NCBI GenBank assembly: GCA_039630575.1
Contig: JBCNUW010000002.1
Span: 1 to 64,000 of the forward strand
Reading direction: 5' to 3'
Source: Candidatus Hydrothermales bacterium
Lineage (GTDB): Bacteria; Hydrothermota; Hydrothermia; Hydrothermales; JAJRUZ01
Length of the DNA stretch: 64,000 bases
Translations under genes and position numbers: made by a program
Notes under the pieces: generated by a model
Seen by the model: the letters and a program-made list of their open reading frames with translations, nothing else
The model's database searches: none
Told to the model about the DNA's origin: nothing
Part shown: piece after piece, positions 1-9,875 of the stretch
Layout of the letters: each line of letters opens with the position of its first letter
Position numbering within the stretch: position 1 is the first letter of the stretch

Positions 1-775
1 TTTTTAATGCGTATCCATCAAACACAAGCAAGTTGGCTCTTTGTAAATTTGTTGGATCTGAAATAGTTACTATCCAAAGTCCAGAATCTGAACCACAATA
101 TGCATAATTTGAGTATATATCTAAACTACCTATCCAACTATAAGAAAATGGATCATACTTAGGTGCTCTAATAGAATCAAGAAATATAGGATTTGATGGA
201 TCAGTCACATCGAATGAATTAAGATAAGCATAAAATGGTTGGTTAGTTACATAAAGTATCCCATTATGAAATTTTAAAAAGAAACAACTTTTTCTAACTG
301 TACATTCAGAAACCAAAAATGGTGATCGAGGGTTTTTTATATTAATCACAAAAAAACCCGCTGGAGAAGCAACATAACAAATTGTGTCTACTATCTCTAT
401 ATCCCTCGGAGAAGGCACAGAAACTGAACCCATTATAAAAGGATTTTTAGGATCTTTTACGTTTATTATAAATAAACGACTCCTTCGGTAATATACAGTT
501 ACATAAGCTAAAGAATCATGAACTTCTATAAAATGCGCCCAACCCAATTGAAAATAATTTACTTCTCGAGGATTTGTTTTATCAGTTAAATCTAAAAAAA
601 TTATCCCTCCCGAAGAATCAAAAGGAGGACCATGTGCAGTAAGATATGCCCTATTTCCAACAACCCATATATCCTTTAATGTCCTATCTCCAGGATCAAA
701 AGAACCTAAATATACAAGTGTATCCCTCCCATATAAACTTACTAAACCTATTAAAATTGCCCCTAATTTTTTCAT
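1..775 (-). CDS. LVIVD-repeat (beta-propeller) exported protein, 3' end runs off the window
   Basis: Not in the ORF track; translated by hand from ATG at 775 (SD AGGAGG at 781-786): MKKLGAILIGLVSLYG signal-like start, then repeats IIFLDLTDKTNP, LFIINVKDPKNP, FFVINIKNPRSP, FDVTDPSNP, LWIVTISDPTN. Frame is open to the window edge. Confidence 0.85.
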   Translation of the reverse strand, partial: MKKLGAILIGLVSLYGRDTLVYLGSFDPGDRTLKDIWVVGNRAYLTAHGPPFDSSGGIIFLDLTDKTNPREVNYFQLGWAHFIEVHDSLAYVTVYYRRSRLFIINVKDPKNPFIMGSVSVPSPRDIEIVDTICYVASPAGFFVINIKNPRSPFLVSECTVRKSCFFLKFHNGILYVTNQPFYAYLNSFDVTDPSNPIFLDSIRAPKYDPFSYSWIGSLDIYSNYAYCGSDSGLWIVTISDPTNLQRANLLVFDGYALK

Positions 776-1127
776 TTTCTCCTCCTTTTAAAAATTTTAT
801 ATTTAAAAAATAAATCTTTCAAGTTTCAACCTACAAGTACTTTAGACTGAGTAAAGAAATTAGAGGGTTAGCTAATACAAAAATCTACCAGAATAAAAAG
901 TTAAATAACTTTCAATGCTCTAATCATTCATTTTTTCTGCTAAATTTAATTTTTCAAGAGGCTATATGCACTCTATACAATATTTTAAATAGCAACTTAT
1001 ATGTTTTAGAGTTTAAAACTCATTGAAACACAATGATTTACGAAATGATAGCATTGACAACCTATAAGTCTATAATTTTACTATAAAAATAATGGAAAAT
1101 TTTATCCATTTAAATTTATAATTAAAG

Positions 1128-1817
1128 ATGTTAAAAATTCTTATTGAAAATCTTACGAAATATTATGGGAGTAAGAGAGTTTTAAATAATTTAAACTTAG
1201 AAATAAATGAAAATGATTTTTTTATTCTTTTAGGAAGAAATGCTTCAGGTAAAACAACTCTTGTTAGAATACTTTTAAAAATTGTTAAACCGAGTTATGG
1301 AAGTGCAAGGGTAATTTTTAATGGAAAGGAATTAAAAAGAAAAGAAATTGGCTTTATTCTTGAGGATGAAACTCCTTTTGATCTTTTTTCGCCATATGAA
1401 TACTTAAAGTTTTTTAGCGAAATGTACAGTATAAAGGCTGATATAGATGAAGTTCTTAAAAAATTTGGATTATATGAGGATAAAAATACAAAAATATTTA
1501 AGTTATCTAAGGGTAACAAAAAAAAGCTCTGTATAGCAAAAGCTCTAATAGCAAAACCAAAAGTTTTAATTCTTGATCAACCATTTGAAGGCTTAGATCT
1601 TGAGACAAAAAAAGAAGTTTACGAATCATTAAAAAATGAACAGATTGGAAAAATAATTTTCATGACTACTCATGAACTTGATTTTGTGACGGACTATTCT
1701 ACTCATATTGGTATCATAAACAATGGCTCATTTTTAGGTAAATTTAAAACAGAGGAAATAAAAGATAAAAAAATTACTGAATTTTATTTTGAAAAATTAA
1801 ATGAAAAAACTAATTAA
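1128..1817 (+). CDS. ABC transporter ATP-binding protein (ABC-2/CcmA-like)
   Basis: Walker A GRNASGKTT, signature LSKGN, Walker B VLILD followed by Q instead of E, H-loop TTHE. Confidence 0.9.
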   Translation: MLKILIENLTKYYGSKRVLNNLNLEINENDFFILLGRNASGKTTLVRILLKIVKPSYGSARVIFNGKELKRKEIGFILEDETPFDLFSPYEYLKFFSEMYSIKADIDEVLKKFGLYEDKNTKIFKLSKGNKKKLCIAKALIAKPKVLILDQPFEGLDLETKKEVYESLKNEQIGKIIFMTTHELDFVTDYSTHIGIINNGSFLGKFKTEEIKDKKITEFYFEKLNEKTN

Positions 1818-2520
1818 AAGAGAACTTTTTTATTTTTATTTAAAAAGACCATTTAATTTTTTGTGGTTTTATCTTCTAAATTTGGTTTTCCTTTTAGCTA
1901 AGGGACTAACAACTCCTCAACAAGATTTACCTTGCAGCCCAGATTCACAGTACACCTTTACTATGGCTTTCTCCCTTTTAATACCTTTATTCATGTTTGC
2001 ATTCTTTGGTGGTATGAGTATGGATGAGATTATTCACAAGGAAAAGATCAAGAAATACTTTGAATCTCTCATTGCTCTCTCTTACTCTCCATTAAAAATT
2101 ATTTTAAGTAAGATAATTTCACTTATTCTTTTTTTATATTTTATCTTCACTTTATCTTTGTTTACTTATGTGTTAATATTTATCTTATCTGGTAAAGGTT
2201 TTGAAAAAATATTTTATGAAGGCAAATTTTATTGGTTAAATTTTCTTGTATTTTCACCTCTTATCGGTATTTCAATTTTAAATATTGAAGCTCTTTTTTA
2301 TTTTATTTTGAAGGATCAGAGAACAAGTTCATTTTTTTCCTTCTTTTTCTTTGGTATTATAAGTTTTAAGATTTTATTTATAGCACTTGCTTCACCCTAT
2401 GATTTCTTTATAATGTTCTTTTTACCAATATTTTCAATAATTTCTATAATTGGATCCCTTTTAACAATTTTTGTGATTTTGAAAATTGTGTCTCCAGAAA
2501 ACTATATTTTAGGAGTATGA
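1801..2520 (+). CDS. ABC-2 type permease
   Basis: About 6 hydrophobic segments; HKEK..KYFESLIAL..SP..IILSK resembles the ABC-2 permease motif; overlaps the ATPase gene. Confidence 0.8.
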   Translation: MKKLIKRELFYFYLKRPFNFLWFYLLNLVFLLAKGLTTPQQDLPCSPDSQYTFTMAFSLLIPLFMFAFFGGMSMDEIIHKEKIKKYFESLIALSYSPLKIILSKIISLILFLYFIFTLSLFTYVLIFILSGKGFEKIFYEGKFYWLNFLVFSPLIGISILNIEALFYFILKDQRTSSFFSFFFFGIISFKILFIALASPYDFFIMFFLPIFSIISIIGSLLTIFVILKIVSPENYILGV

Positions 2521-2543
2521 TAAAATTTAATTTATTTATCATA
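2516..2543 (+). promoter_or_regulatory. Extended -10 (TGATAAAAT) overlapped by a 9-bp inverted repeat; candidate operator of the oxidative-stress operon
   Basis: TATGATAAA-N10-TTTATCATA directly upstream of SD AGGAGG and the superoxide reductase start. Confidence 0.45.
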
Positions 2544-2557
2544 AAAAGGAGGCAAAA

Positions 2558-2950
2558 ATGCACCACTTTAAAGAATTATTTCAAAGTGCAGATTGGAAAA
2601 AAGAAAAACACACCCCTTTTATAGATATAATAGGAGAAATAAAAAGGGGAGAAAAAATAAAAGTTGAAGTATCGGTTGGAAAAGAGATTCCACATCCAAA
2701 TACCACAGCTCATCACATTTCCTGGATAGATGTCTTTTTTCTTCCTGATGGTGAAAAATTTCCCTACCATATAGGAAGATTCGAATTTTTATCCCATGGT
2801 GCATCAACGCAAGGACAAGATACAAGTTCCGTCTACTCAGAACCTTATGTTGTCTTTGAGTTCAAAACAGAAAAAAATGGTGAACTTTTTGCTTTTTCCT
2901 ATTGTAACATTCACGGTCTATGGGCAGGCTCTAAAGAAATCAAATTTTAA
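2558..2950 (+). CDS. sor: Superoxide reductase (neelaredoxin type, class II SORL domain)
   Basis: EKHTP, HPNTTAHHI and YCNIHGLW iron-ligand motifs; strong SD. Confidence 0.93.
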   Translation: MHHFKELFQSADWKKEKHTPFIDIIGEIKRGEKIKVEVSVGKEIPHPNTTAHHISWIDVFFLPDGEKFPYHIGRFEFLSHGASTQGQDTSSVYSEPYVVFEFKTEKNGELFAFSYCNIHGLWAGSKEIKF

Positions 2951-2964
2951 AAAAGGAGTAGATC

Positions 2965-3459
2965 ATGGATCTCTCAGGATATTTACTTGAAGACCTTTTA
3001 ACTAATGCTATAAAAAGTGAGATAGAAGCTAAAGAACTTTATGAGAATCTTTCAGAAAAAGTAAAAAATTTTCTTCTAAAGGAAAAACTTAAGTTTTTGG
3101 CACAAGAGGAACAACGACACAGAGAAACCTTTGAATCAATATTCAACAAAAGATTCCCTGGAAAGAAAATTACCCTTCCTGAAAAATCAACAGTACCTCT
3201 ACCAAATATAGTAATAACCTCTGAAAAAGTGAAAATAAGTGAAGTTTTTGAAATTGCTATGAAAGCTGAAAAATTAGCCTATGATTTTTATATAGCACTT
3301 GCACCACATTTTAAAGACGAGCCAGAAGTTGAACAGATGATACACTATATTGCCTCCATGGAAATGGGACATTATAAAATATTTGAAATCGAAAGAGAAA
3401 ATGCTTTAAAGTTTGAAGATTACGATGTAGAAAATCCTCTCCTTCATCTTGGACCTTAA
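2965..3459 (+). CDS. Rubrerythrin-like ferritin-superfamily di-iron protein
   Basis: Two E...EExxH/ExxH halves (AIKSE...EEQRH; AMKAE...EMGH); no rubredoxin tail. Confidence 0.85.
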   Translation: MDLSGYLLEDLLTNAIKSEIEAKELYENLSEKVKNFLLKEKLKFLAQEEQRHRETFESIFNKRFPGKKITLPEKSTVPLPNIVITSEKVKISEVFEIAMKAEKLAYDFYIALAPHFKDEPEVEQMIHYIASMEMGHYKIFEIERENALKFEDYDVENPLLHLGP

Positions 3460-3499
3460 AAGGTTCTAATCCTTTTTACTTAAAGAAGGAGAAATTTAA

Positions 3500-3925
3500 A
3501 TGGCTTCAAAAGAACTTTTAGATCTTTTAAACAAAGCAATCGCAGCAGAAATTCAAGTTTCAATTCAATATATGTGGCAACACGTTTTATGGTCAGGTCC
3601 AAAACACTTCGCAGTTAAAGACGAATTCAAAAAGATTGCAATAAGCGAAATGAAACACGCTGAAAAGATAGCTGAAAGACTATACTATCTTGGTGGTATC
3701 CCAACAACAGAGCCGTTACCAATAAATGTTGGAAAAAATTTAAAGGAAATGCTTGAACAGGACAAAAAAGATGAAGAAATGGCTATCGATCTTTATAAGA
3801 AAATAATAAAAAAAGCAGAGGAAGAGAACGATGTTACAACCGCCTTTATTTTTAGAGAAATTCTCGAAGAAGAAGAAGACCATCATGACACCTTTACAAG
3901 TCTACTTGAAAAACTTGATGAATAA
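3500..3925 (+). CDS. Bacterioferritin/DPSL-like ferritin-family protein
   Basis: AIAAEIQVSIQY, EMKHAEKIAERL, EEEEDHH di-iron motifs. Confidence 0.85.
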   Translation: MASKELLDLLNKAIAAEIQVSIQYMWQHVLWSGPKHFAVKDEFKKIAISEMKHAEKIAERLYYLGGIPTTEPLPINVGKNLKEMLEQDKKDEEMAIDLYKKIIKKAEEENDVTTAFIFREILEEEEDHHDTFTSLLEKLDE

Positions 3926-3948
3926 ATAAACTTTATAGAGGTATAACT

Positions 3949-4398
3949 ATGGAGTTAAAATCAATCGATGAAATTTTAAAATTTGCAATAAATAAAGAAG
4001 AAGAAGCATATAGCTTGTATATAAGTTTAAAGGAAAAAACAGATGACAAAGCCCTAAAAAAGATTTTTGAAGAACTTTCACAGGAAGAACTGAAACATAA
4101 GGAAAAACTCTTAGATTTTAAGGAAGGTAAAATTATATTGACACCTAAGAGTGAAAAAGTAACTGATTTGAAAATATCAGATTCTCTTATTGGAAGTGAA
4201 CTAAAGGATGACTTTGATATTCAAGATGTTTTAATTTTTGCTATGAACAGGGAGAAGTTAGCTTTTAAAATTTATAGTGAACTTGCAGAAAAAGTTTCAA
4301 ATCAAGAAGCAAAAGATTTGTTAAATTCTCTTGCAAAGGAAGAAGCAAAACATAAATTGAAATTGGAAACTATATACGATGATTATTTTGGAATGTAA
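3949..4398 (+). CDS. Rubrerythrin-like ferritin-superfamily protein
   Basis: AINKEEEA...EELKH and AMNRE...EEAKH duplicated halves. Confidence 0.85.
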   Translation: MELKSIDEILKFAINKEEEAYSLYISLKEKTDDKALKKIFEELSQEELKHKEKLLDFKEGKIILTPKSEKVTDLKISDSLIGSELKDDFDIQDVLIFAMNREKLAFKIYSELAEKVSNQEAKDLLNSLAKEEAKHKLKLETIYDDYFGM

Positions 4399-4539
4399 AC
4401 TTTCTATTCTTACACCTCAACTCAACTGATTCTGTTTAATTTTCTGCTAAATTAAAAAAGTTAATTACAGACACTCGTAACATAAAAATTTAAACCTTAT
4501 CATTTTTTAAACAGAACTAATAATTTAAAAGTTAAAAAA

Positions 4540-4821
4540 TTAATGGCACTTATTACAGCTTTTGTCCCAAGGATGTTTAAATTCTTTCGGATTTTCTCTT
4601 TTTGAACTTTTTAAGATTGCAAGTCTAATCTCGATATTTTTTTTAAATTCCTCTAAATCTTTGATCAAGGAATCAACTTTATTTTCAATTCTATGAATTT
4701 TTACTTTTAAAAAATTTAATTCTTTTTCAATCCTCTCAATTTCTGATTTTTTATTTGTGCATAACGAAAGAAAAAAAAGTATAAGAATAAAATATTTTGC
4801 CTTTATAATTATATCTTTCAT
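4540..4821 (-). CDS. Small exported or lipid-anchored coiled-coil protein ending in CxxCH
   Basis: Hydrophobic N-terminus ending LSLC, heptad-like middle, last residues CNKCH; GAGGG SD-like motif upstream. Confidence 0.6.
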   Translation of the reverse strand: MKDIIIKAKYFILILFFLSLCTNKKSEIERIEKELNFLKVKIHRIENKVDSLIKDLEEFKKNIEIRLAILKSSKRENPKEFKHPWDKSCNKCH

Positions 4822-5090
4822 GGACAGTCCCTCTAAAATTTAAAGATAACCTAAATTAAAGGATCTAAAATAAAATAGATGTACAGACTTTTTACTATGA
4901 GCAAAAGCAAAATAGAAAAAAGAATAAAACTCTTCATGATAATTTACAAGTTTTTCTCTTATATAAACTAAATAAGTTGCTAAAATATACTGAAATAGAA
5001 AATTTATTATATTAATAATTCTTACCTCCTTTTTTATTAAAAACTTGAAATTTATTTATACCCTTAGATCTATATTTTTTTCCGTAATCA

Positions 5091-5180
5091 CACTCCTTGA
5101 ACTTAGACAGTACATAAAACTCATCAAAATAATAAACACAAGTAAACTCATTCATTATAACATGATAACCCAACTCATCA
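5091..5180. repeat. Short motif (A/C)ACTC(A/C)T recurring with exact 27-nt period, 4 copies
   Basis: cactcct 5091, aactcat 5118, aactcat 5145, aactcat 5172; spacers differ. Confidence 0.35.
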
Positions 5181-5553
5181 TATGAAAACCAAAAAATAAA
5201 AAGTCTTAATTCCACATTTTATTAAATACTAAAAAAGCATAATTTACTTTATAATAAACAAATTAAATAGCAATTTTTAAAACTGAAGTTCAAAGCCAAA
5301 TAAACATATTCAAAAGATTCTTCTTTACTAAATAAATTATGCCTAATGAGTATGGGAACTATAACTTGCATAGATATCTATCTTTATTCACAACATTTTT
5401 ATGATCAGTATTATTATTTAGCATATTTTGTGCGCATGCACCAATCGAAAACCAGCGTTTATGGAATCCAAGTAATCACTAAAACAGCTGTTCTTAAGAA
5501 CCTTTCCCTTAGTCGTTGCCATAACTGTTAATGCCTTTACATAAAAAGAAAAT

Positions 5554-7854
5554 CTACTCAATAGGAACATCGAGAAATTTTGGATATTCTTTATTCAAAA
5601 TTTTGTAAATTTCCTTTAACGTCTCTCTGAAGGAATAATCAAAGAAATTACCAGGTACTTCTTGATCTTTTCCATACCACCAAAACCAATCTGACCCCTC
5701 TGCTATAAAAATTTTTCTCATAACTTTTTCTCTCTTCTCACTATCAAGATCTTTTAGTAATTTTTCTATATCTTTTCTAACATAAGCAAGATATTCCCAA
5801 GCCTTATTTTCCTCAGGTTCTCCAATCCATGTTGCAAAATTTGCACCAATCCAAGAACCAGGAAAAAGATAATTAAGGGTATTTTTGGGTTTTTTCCATT
5901 CAATGTATTCACTGATAGTCATTGTTTTTATAAATTTAGCCTCATTTAGTGATTGATATAAGTTTTTCAAAAATTCCTTTCCGTCATGTGGATAATGCTC
6001 CCATGCATTTTCTCCATCCAAAATTACAGCTACAACAGGTGGGTTATCTTTTTCTTTCCAATAACGGTATATATTTGAAAGTTCTAAAATGAACCTGTTT
6101 GCCGCCTCAACAGGATCCATATTTTGATATACAAACCCTATTGCATCTGATAAACGCGTGTCCCTAAAAACTACGTAAACACTGTCGTTTCTGTTTTTGA
6201 CCTTATAGACCTTATACTTCTCCTCAAAAGTTAAAAAATTTTTGTTTAAACTTTTCATTAATACCTTTTCATCTGTTGCTATCCATTTTATTCCTGCTGA
6301 AGAAAATAAGGGGATAATTTCATAGGCAACAGATCCTTCAGCTGGCCACATACCATTAGGATTTTTACCAAAAATATCCTTATACATTTTTAGAGCTTCC
6401 TCTATATGCCATTTTGCATCTTCTGGATACGAAAAATCTACATCAGGAAGAGACACACCAGGTAGACCAGGTTTTGCCAATTTTATATCATAAATAAGAG
6501 GTAAGATTGGATGATAAAAAGGAGTTGTTGAAATCTCTATCTGACCTTTTTCCATTAATTTTTTATGTACAGAAATTATCGAATTTATTATTTTTTTATG
6601 AACCTCAACTATCCTTTTTACATCCTCCTCTTTAAAGTTCTTCCCCTTTGTTAGTAAATCTTTTACCGTTACTTTCTCTCCACTCTCAAGCATAACTTCC
6701 TTTTCTCTAAAATCAGGATCAAGCCAAGCTAGATTAAAATAAACTTTTAAATCTATAAGATCTTGGTCACTAAATTTTAATTTATTTAGTTTTTTATCAA
6801 GTAACTCAGAATATCTTGGAAAAGTTCTTATTACTTTATCCCAATTAGCATCAAAAAATCTTTCAATTAAATAATTTCTTTCCTCTTCTTGCATTTCTTT
6901 AATGGGTTTTAATGAAAGACGCATAGCTTTATCTTGTGTACCCTTCATTAAATCAAGAATCATCTCCAAAAGAGAAGGAGTTAAGTTTATGGTTAAATGA
7001 ATTTCTGGATAATCTTCAAGAATTTTTGCCATATCATAATAATCTTTCGTTCCATGTAATCTAACCCAAGGTGATAGATAATCACCAGTTTCATCCTTTG
7101 GATACCTCGGTTGATGCTGATGCCATAAAATCAAAAGAATAAGTGGAAAACCCCTATATTCTATCTCACTTGCTATTAATCTATCCCTTGGAATATGTTC
7201 TATTTCCTCTGATTTTTTTAGGATCTTTTTATCATGAGTTAGTATAAACACAGAATTGAATCCTCCAAATCCGTCATCGACCTTTGCAGGATTGTGTGGG
7301 TCTTCCTTCCATTTATGGTCATCTATAACAAATTTATACTCATACCTACCAGGCGGAAGAGGTATAATTATTTCAAAGAAACCGCCTTCCTTTTTTTCCA
7401 TAACATTTGCATTTTTATCCCAGTTATTAAAAGTTCCTGCAACACAAACTTTTTTTGCTTGTATATCAAAAAACCTAAACCTTACTCCGTGTTCTGTTAT
7501 CTCAAGTGATTCAATAAGCTTTGGTTCAGTAATAATTTTAAAATCCTCTGTTAATATAAAAGCTGAATTGAAACCTCCAAAGCCGTCATCTACTTTCCAT
7601 TTGTTATCCGGATCTTCTCTCCATAAGTTTCCATTTATTACGAACTTGTAAGTGTAAAATCCTGGTTTTAAAGAAAGTTCAATTCTAAAATTTCCCTCAG
7701 AAGTTCTTTCCATTGGATTTAAATAGGGATTCCAATTGTTAAAAGTACCTGCAATATTTACCCTTTCAGCCTCCGGAAAATAAACCTCAAAAATTACTTT
7801 GTTATTTTTACCTAAATAGATAACTGAAAAAAGTAGAAAGATTAACTCTTTCAT
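5554..7854 (-). CDS. GH57 amylopullulanase-type glycoside hydrolase with signal peptide and two N-terminal CBM48 modules
   Basis: Two AGTFNNW...Y.YKFVI...W.EDP.N..KVDDGFGGFNS modules; GH57 motifs HQHQP, TTPFYHPILP, WPAEGSV, FRD, ILDGENAWE, AEGSDWFWW. Confidence 0.92.
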   Translation of the reverse strand: MKELIFLLFSVIYLGKNNKVIFEVYFPEAERVNIAGTFNNWNPYLNPMERTSEGNFRIELSLKPGFYTYKFVINGNLWREDPDNKWKVDDGFGGFNSAFILTEDFKIITEPKLIESLEITEHGVRFRFFDIQAKKVCVAGTFNNWDKNANVMEKKEGGFFEIIIPLPPGRYEYKFVIDDHKWKEDPHNPAKVDDGFGGFNSVFILTHDKKILKKSEEIEHIPRDRLIASEIEYRGFPLILLILWHQHQPRYPKDETGDYLSPWVRLHGTKDYYDMAKILEDYPEIHLTINLTPSLLEMILDLMKGTQDKAMRLSLKPIKEMQEEERNYLIERFFDANWDKVIRTFPRYSELLDKKLNKLKFSDQDLIDLKVYFNLAWLDPDFREKEVMLESGEKVTVKDLLTKGKNFKEEDVKRIVEVHKKIINSIISVHKKLMEKGQIEISTTPFYHPILPLIYDIKLAKPGLPGVSLPDVDFSYPEDAKWHIEEALKMYKDIFGKNPNGMWPAEGSVAYEIIPLFSSAGIKWIATDEKVLMKSLNKNFLTFEEKYKVYKVKNRNDSVYVVFRDTRLSDAIGFVYQNMDPVEAANRFILELSNIYRYWKEKDNPPVVAVILDGENAWEHYPHDGKEFLKNLYQSLNEAKFIKTMTISEYIEWKKPKNTLNYLFPGSWIGANFATWIGEPEENKAWEYLAYVRKDIEKLLKDLDSEKREKVMRKIFIAEGSDWFWWYGKDQEVPGNFFDYSFRETLKEIYKILNKEYPKFLDVPIE

Positions 7855-7879
7855 AACAAATAATTTTATAATATTTTTT

Positions 7880-8878
7880 TTAATTACTCAAGTTTTTTAA
7901 GTAATCTAAACCCTTTTTAAAATCTTCAGGATAATCAGCTTTAACCTCAATTTTTCTTTCATAAATAGGATGTATGAAAGAAATTTTGTAAGCATGTAAT
8001 GCTTGAGTAGAAAAAATTTTAAGAAGATTTTTGACCTCCTCCTTTTTATCTGATCCAGTAATATTTAATATTTTTCTTGCTTCCCTTCCGCTATAAAGTG
8101 GATCCCCAACTATCGGGTGACCTATATATTCCATATGAACTCTTATCTGATGAGTTCTTCCTGTTAAAAGATGTATTTTAAGTAATGAACAAATTTTATC
8201 AAATTCTTCTAAAACCTCATAAAGAGTTTTAGCAGGTTTTGAATTTTCGTAAGTTACTTTCCTTTTTAACCTGTTCACAGGATCTCTTCCAATTGGAGCA
8301 TCTATTTCTAAAGATTTTTGTGGCATCATTCCCCATACAAGCGCCCTATATTCCCTCTTTATTTCCCTCCTTTCCATCATAATACCAAGTTTTGTCAAAG
8401 CTTCCTTGTTTTTTGCTATTATCATACAACCACTTGTATCTTTATCAAGACGATGAATTATACCGGCTCTTATATTTTCCTCATCCTCGTCCTCTGGAAC
8501 AGGAAGCTCACCGTACTTAAAGATAAGTCCATGAACAATTGTGCCAGAGTGATGTCCCTTAGCTGGATGGACAACAATACCTTTTGGTTTATTGATAACA
8601 GCAAGATGTTCGTCTTCGTATATAATCTCAAAGGGAACTTCCTCCGGAACTAATTCTCTTTTTGGTTCTTCCTTTATTCTTATTGATATATGCTCACCCT
8701 CCTTTACTCTATAACTCGGTTTTTTTACCACTTTTCCGTTAACTTCAACAAGCCCCTCCTCTATTGCTTTTTTTATTCTCTCTCTTGAAATACCACATCC
8801 ACTTTGATAGAGATAAAGATCAAGTCTTTTACCTTTTGATTTTATGTTTACTATTCTCTCAAAAATCTTCTCTTGCAT
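7880..8878 (-). CDS. rluD: 23S rRNA pseudouridine synthase, RluA/RluD family
   Basis: N-terminal S4 domain, NKPKGIVVHP, HRLDKDTSG, GRTHQIRVH. Confidence 0.92.
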   Translation of the reverse strand: MQEKIFERIVNIKSKGKRLDLYLYQSGCGISRERIKKAIEEGLVEVNGKVVKKPSYRVKEGEHISIRIKEEPKRELVPEEVPFEIIYEDEHLAVINKPKGIVVHPAKGHHSGTIVHGLIFKYGELPVPEDEDEENIRAGIIHRLDKDTSGCMIIAKNKEALTKLGIMMERREIKREYRALVWGMMPQKSLEIDAPIGRDPVNRLKRKVTYENSKPAKTLYEVLEEFDKICSLLKIHLLTGRTHQIRVHMEYIGHPIVGDPLYSGREARKILNITGSDKKEEVKNLLKIFSTQALHAYKISFIHPIYERKIEVKADYPEDFKKGLDYLKNLSN

Positions 8879-9587
8879 ATGGATACTTCTTTAAAAACTC
8901 TCTCTGAATCTCGAAAATTTCAACTACTTTTTCTCTTGCCCTCTCTATCATTAAATTTAAAAAATTAATATCTATACCTCTTCTTTCACTTGTTCCCTGT
9001 ATCTCTAATATCTTTCCTGATTCAGTAAAAAATAAATTTAGATCAAATTCACATAAGTGATCCTCCTCATAGGAAAGGTCAAGATAAATCTCATTACCCA
9101 TTTTTCCAACAGTTATACCACAAACAAGTTCAAAATCAGGAAATTCTTTTATGAGATTATTTTTCTTCATAAAGTTAAGAGCTTGGTAAATTGCACATGA
9201 TGCACCAGTTATAGCAAGTGCCCTTGTGCTACCATCAGCCTGTAAAACTTCTACATCACATAAGAGAGTGTATTCACCAATTTTTTTTCTATCAACTCCG
9301 CCTCTTAAAACTCTTGAGATTATCCTTGATAACTCTATAGACCTTTTGTCTTTTATTCTCATTTCTATAGGTTTTCTATCATCAACTGCTCTTGGATGCA
9401 TCCAGTAGTAAGCCTTTATCCATCCCTCTCCTGTTCCTTTTAAAAATTGTGGAACTTTATTTTCTATACTTACCGTTATCATAACCTTCGTCTTTCCTGC
9501 CTCAACATATACACTACCTTCTGCGTTAATTTCTCCTTTTTTTAAAACAATTCTCCTCAGTTCCTCCCTTTTTTCTTTCTCTCTCAC
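8859..9587 (-). CDS. rph: Ribonuclease PH
   Basis: AEGSVYVEAGKTKV, GWIKAYYWMHPRA, DVEVLQADGSTR, YLDLSYEED, EIQGTSE. Confidence 0.88.
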   Translation of the reverse strand: MREKEKREELRRIVLKKGEINAEGSVYVEAGKTKVMITVSIENKVPQFLKGTGEGWIKAYYWMHPRAVDDRKPIEMRIKDKRSIELSRIISRVLRGGVDRKKIGEYTLLCDVEVLQADGSTRALAITGASCAIYQALNFMKKNNLIKEFPDFELVCGITVGKMGNEIYLDLSYEEDHLCEFDLNLFFTESGKILEIQGTSERRGIDINFLNLMIERAREKVVEIFEIQREFLKKYPYAREDF

Positions 9588-9595
9588 ACTTTACT

Positions 9596-9850
9596 CTACG
9601 AGGTTTCTTTCTTTAACCTTTTAATTTCCTCCTCAAGTTCCTTTATTTTCTCTTTAAGTTTCTCTTTCTCTCTAACCCTACTCAGAAAATACATTCTATA
9701 CAGGATTCCAAGTGTAATTAAAAGAAAAATTATATTGAAAAATGAGATATACTTTAAATCAATAGGTTCAAGAATCTCTAACCACAGAAGTAAATCATAG
9801 AGAAAATTAACAAAAGAGAGGATAAATAAAACAAAAACCCATACAACCAC
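9596..9850 (-). CDS. Small membrane protein (2 TM plus coiled-coil tail)
   Basis: GTG start with SD GGAGG; fills the gap between dapB and rph. Confidence 0.7.
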   Translation of the reverse strand: MVVWVFVLFILSFVNFLYDLLLWLEILEPIDLKYISFFNIIFLLITLGILYRMYFLSRVREKEKLKEKIKELEEEIKRLKKETS

Positions 9851-9875
9851 TTTTTAACCTCCCTAAATAGTTACT

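Noticed and set aside
1054..1076. Perfect TTGACA and TATAAT hexamers
   Set aside because: Spacer is only 11 nt, incompatible with a sigma70 promoter.
930..4455. Shared TTTTCTGCTAAATT near 933 and 4440
   Set aside because: A 14-nt low-complexity match in AT-rich DNA with unrelated flanks.
4853..4937. 28-aa hydrophobic ORF MKSFILFSILLLL... upstream of the CxxCH gene
   Set aside because: Too short, and such ORFs are expected by chance in T-rich sequence; it may be a remnant.
5346..5531. 61-aa ORF and palindromes AACAGCTGTT and GTTCTTAAGAAC at 5483-5501
   Set aside because: No SD or homology cue; short palindromes alone do not support an RNA or operator call.
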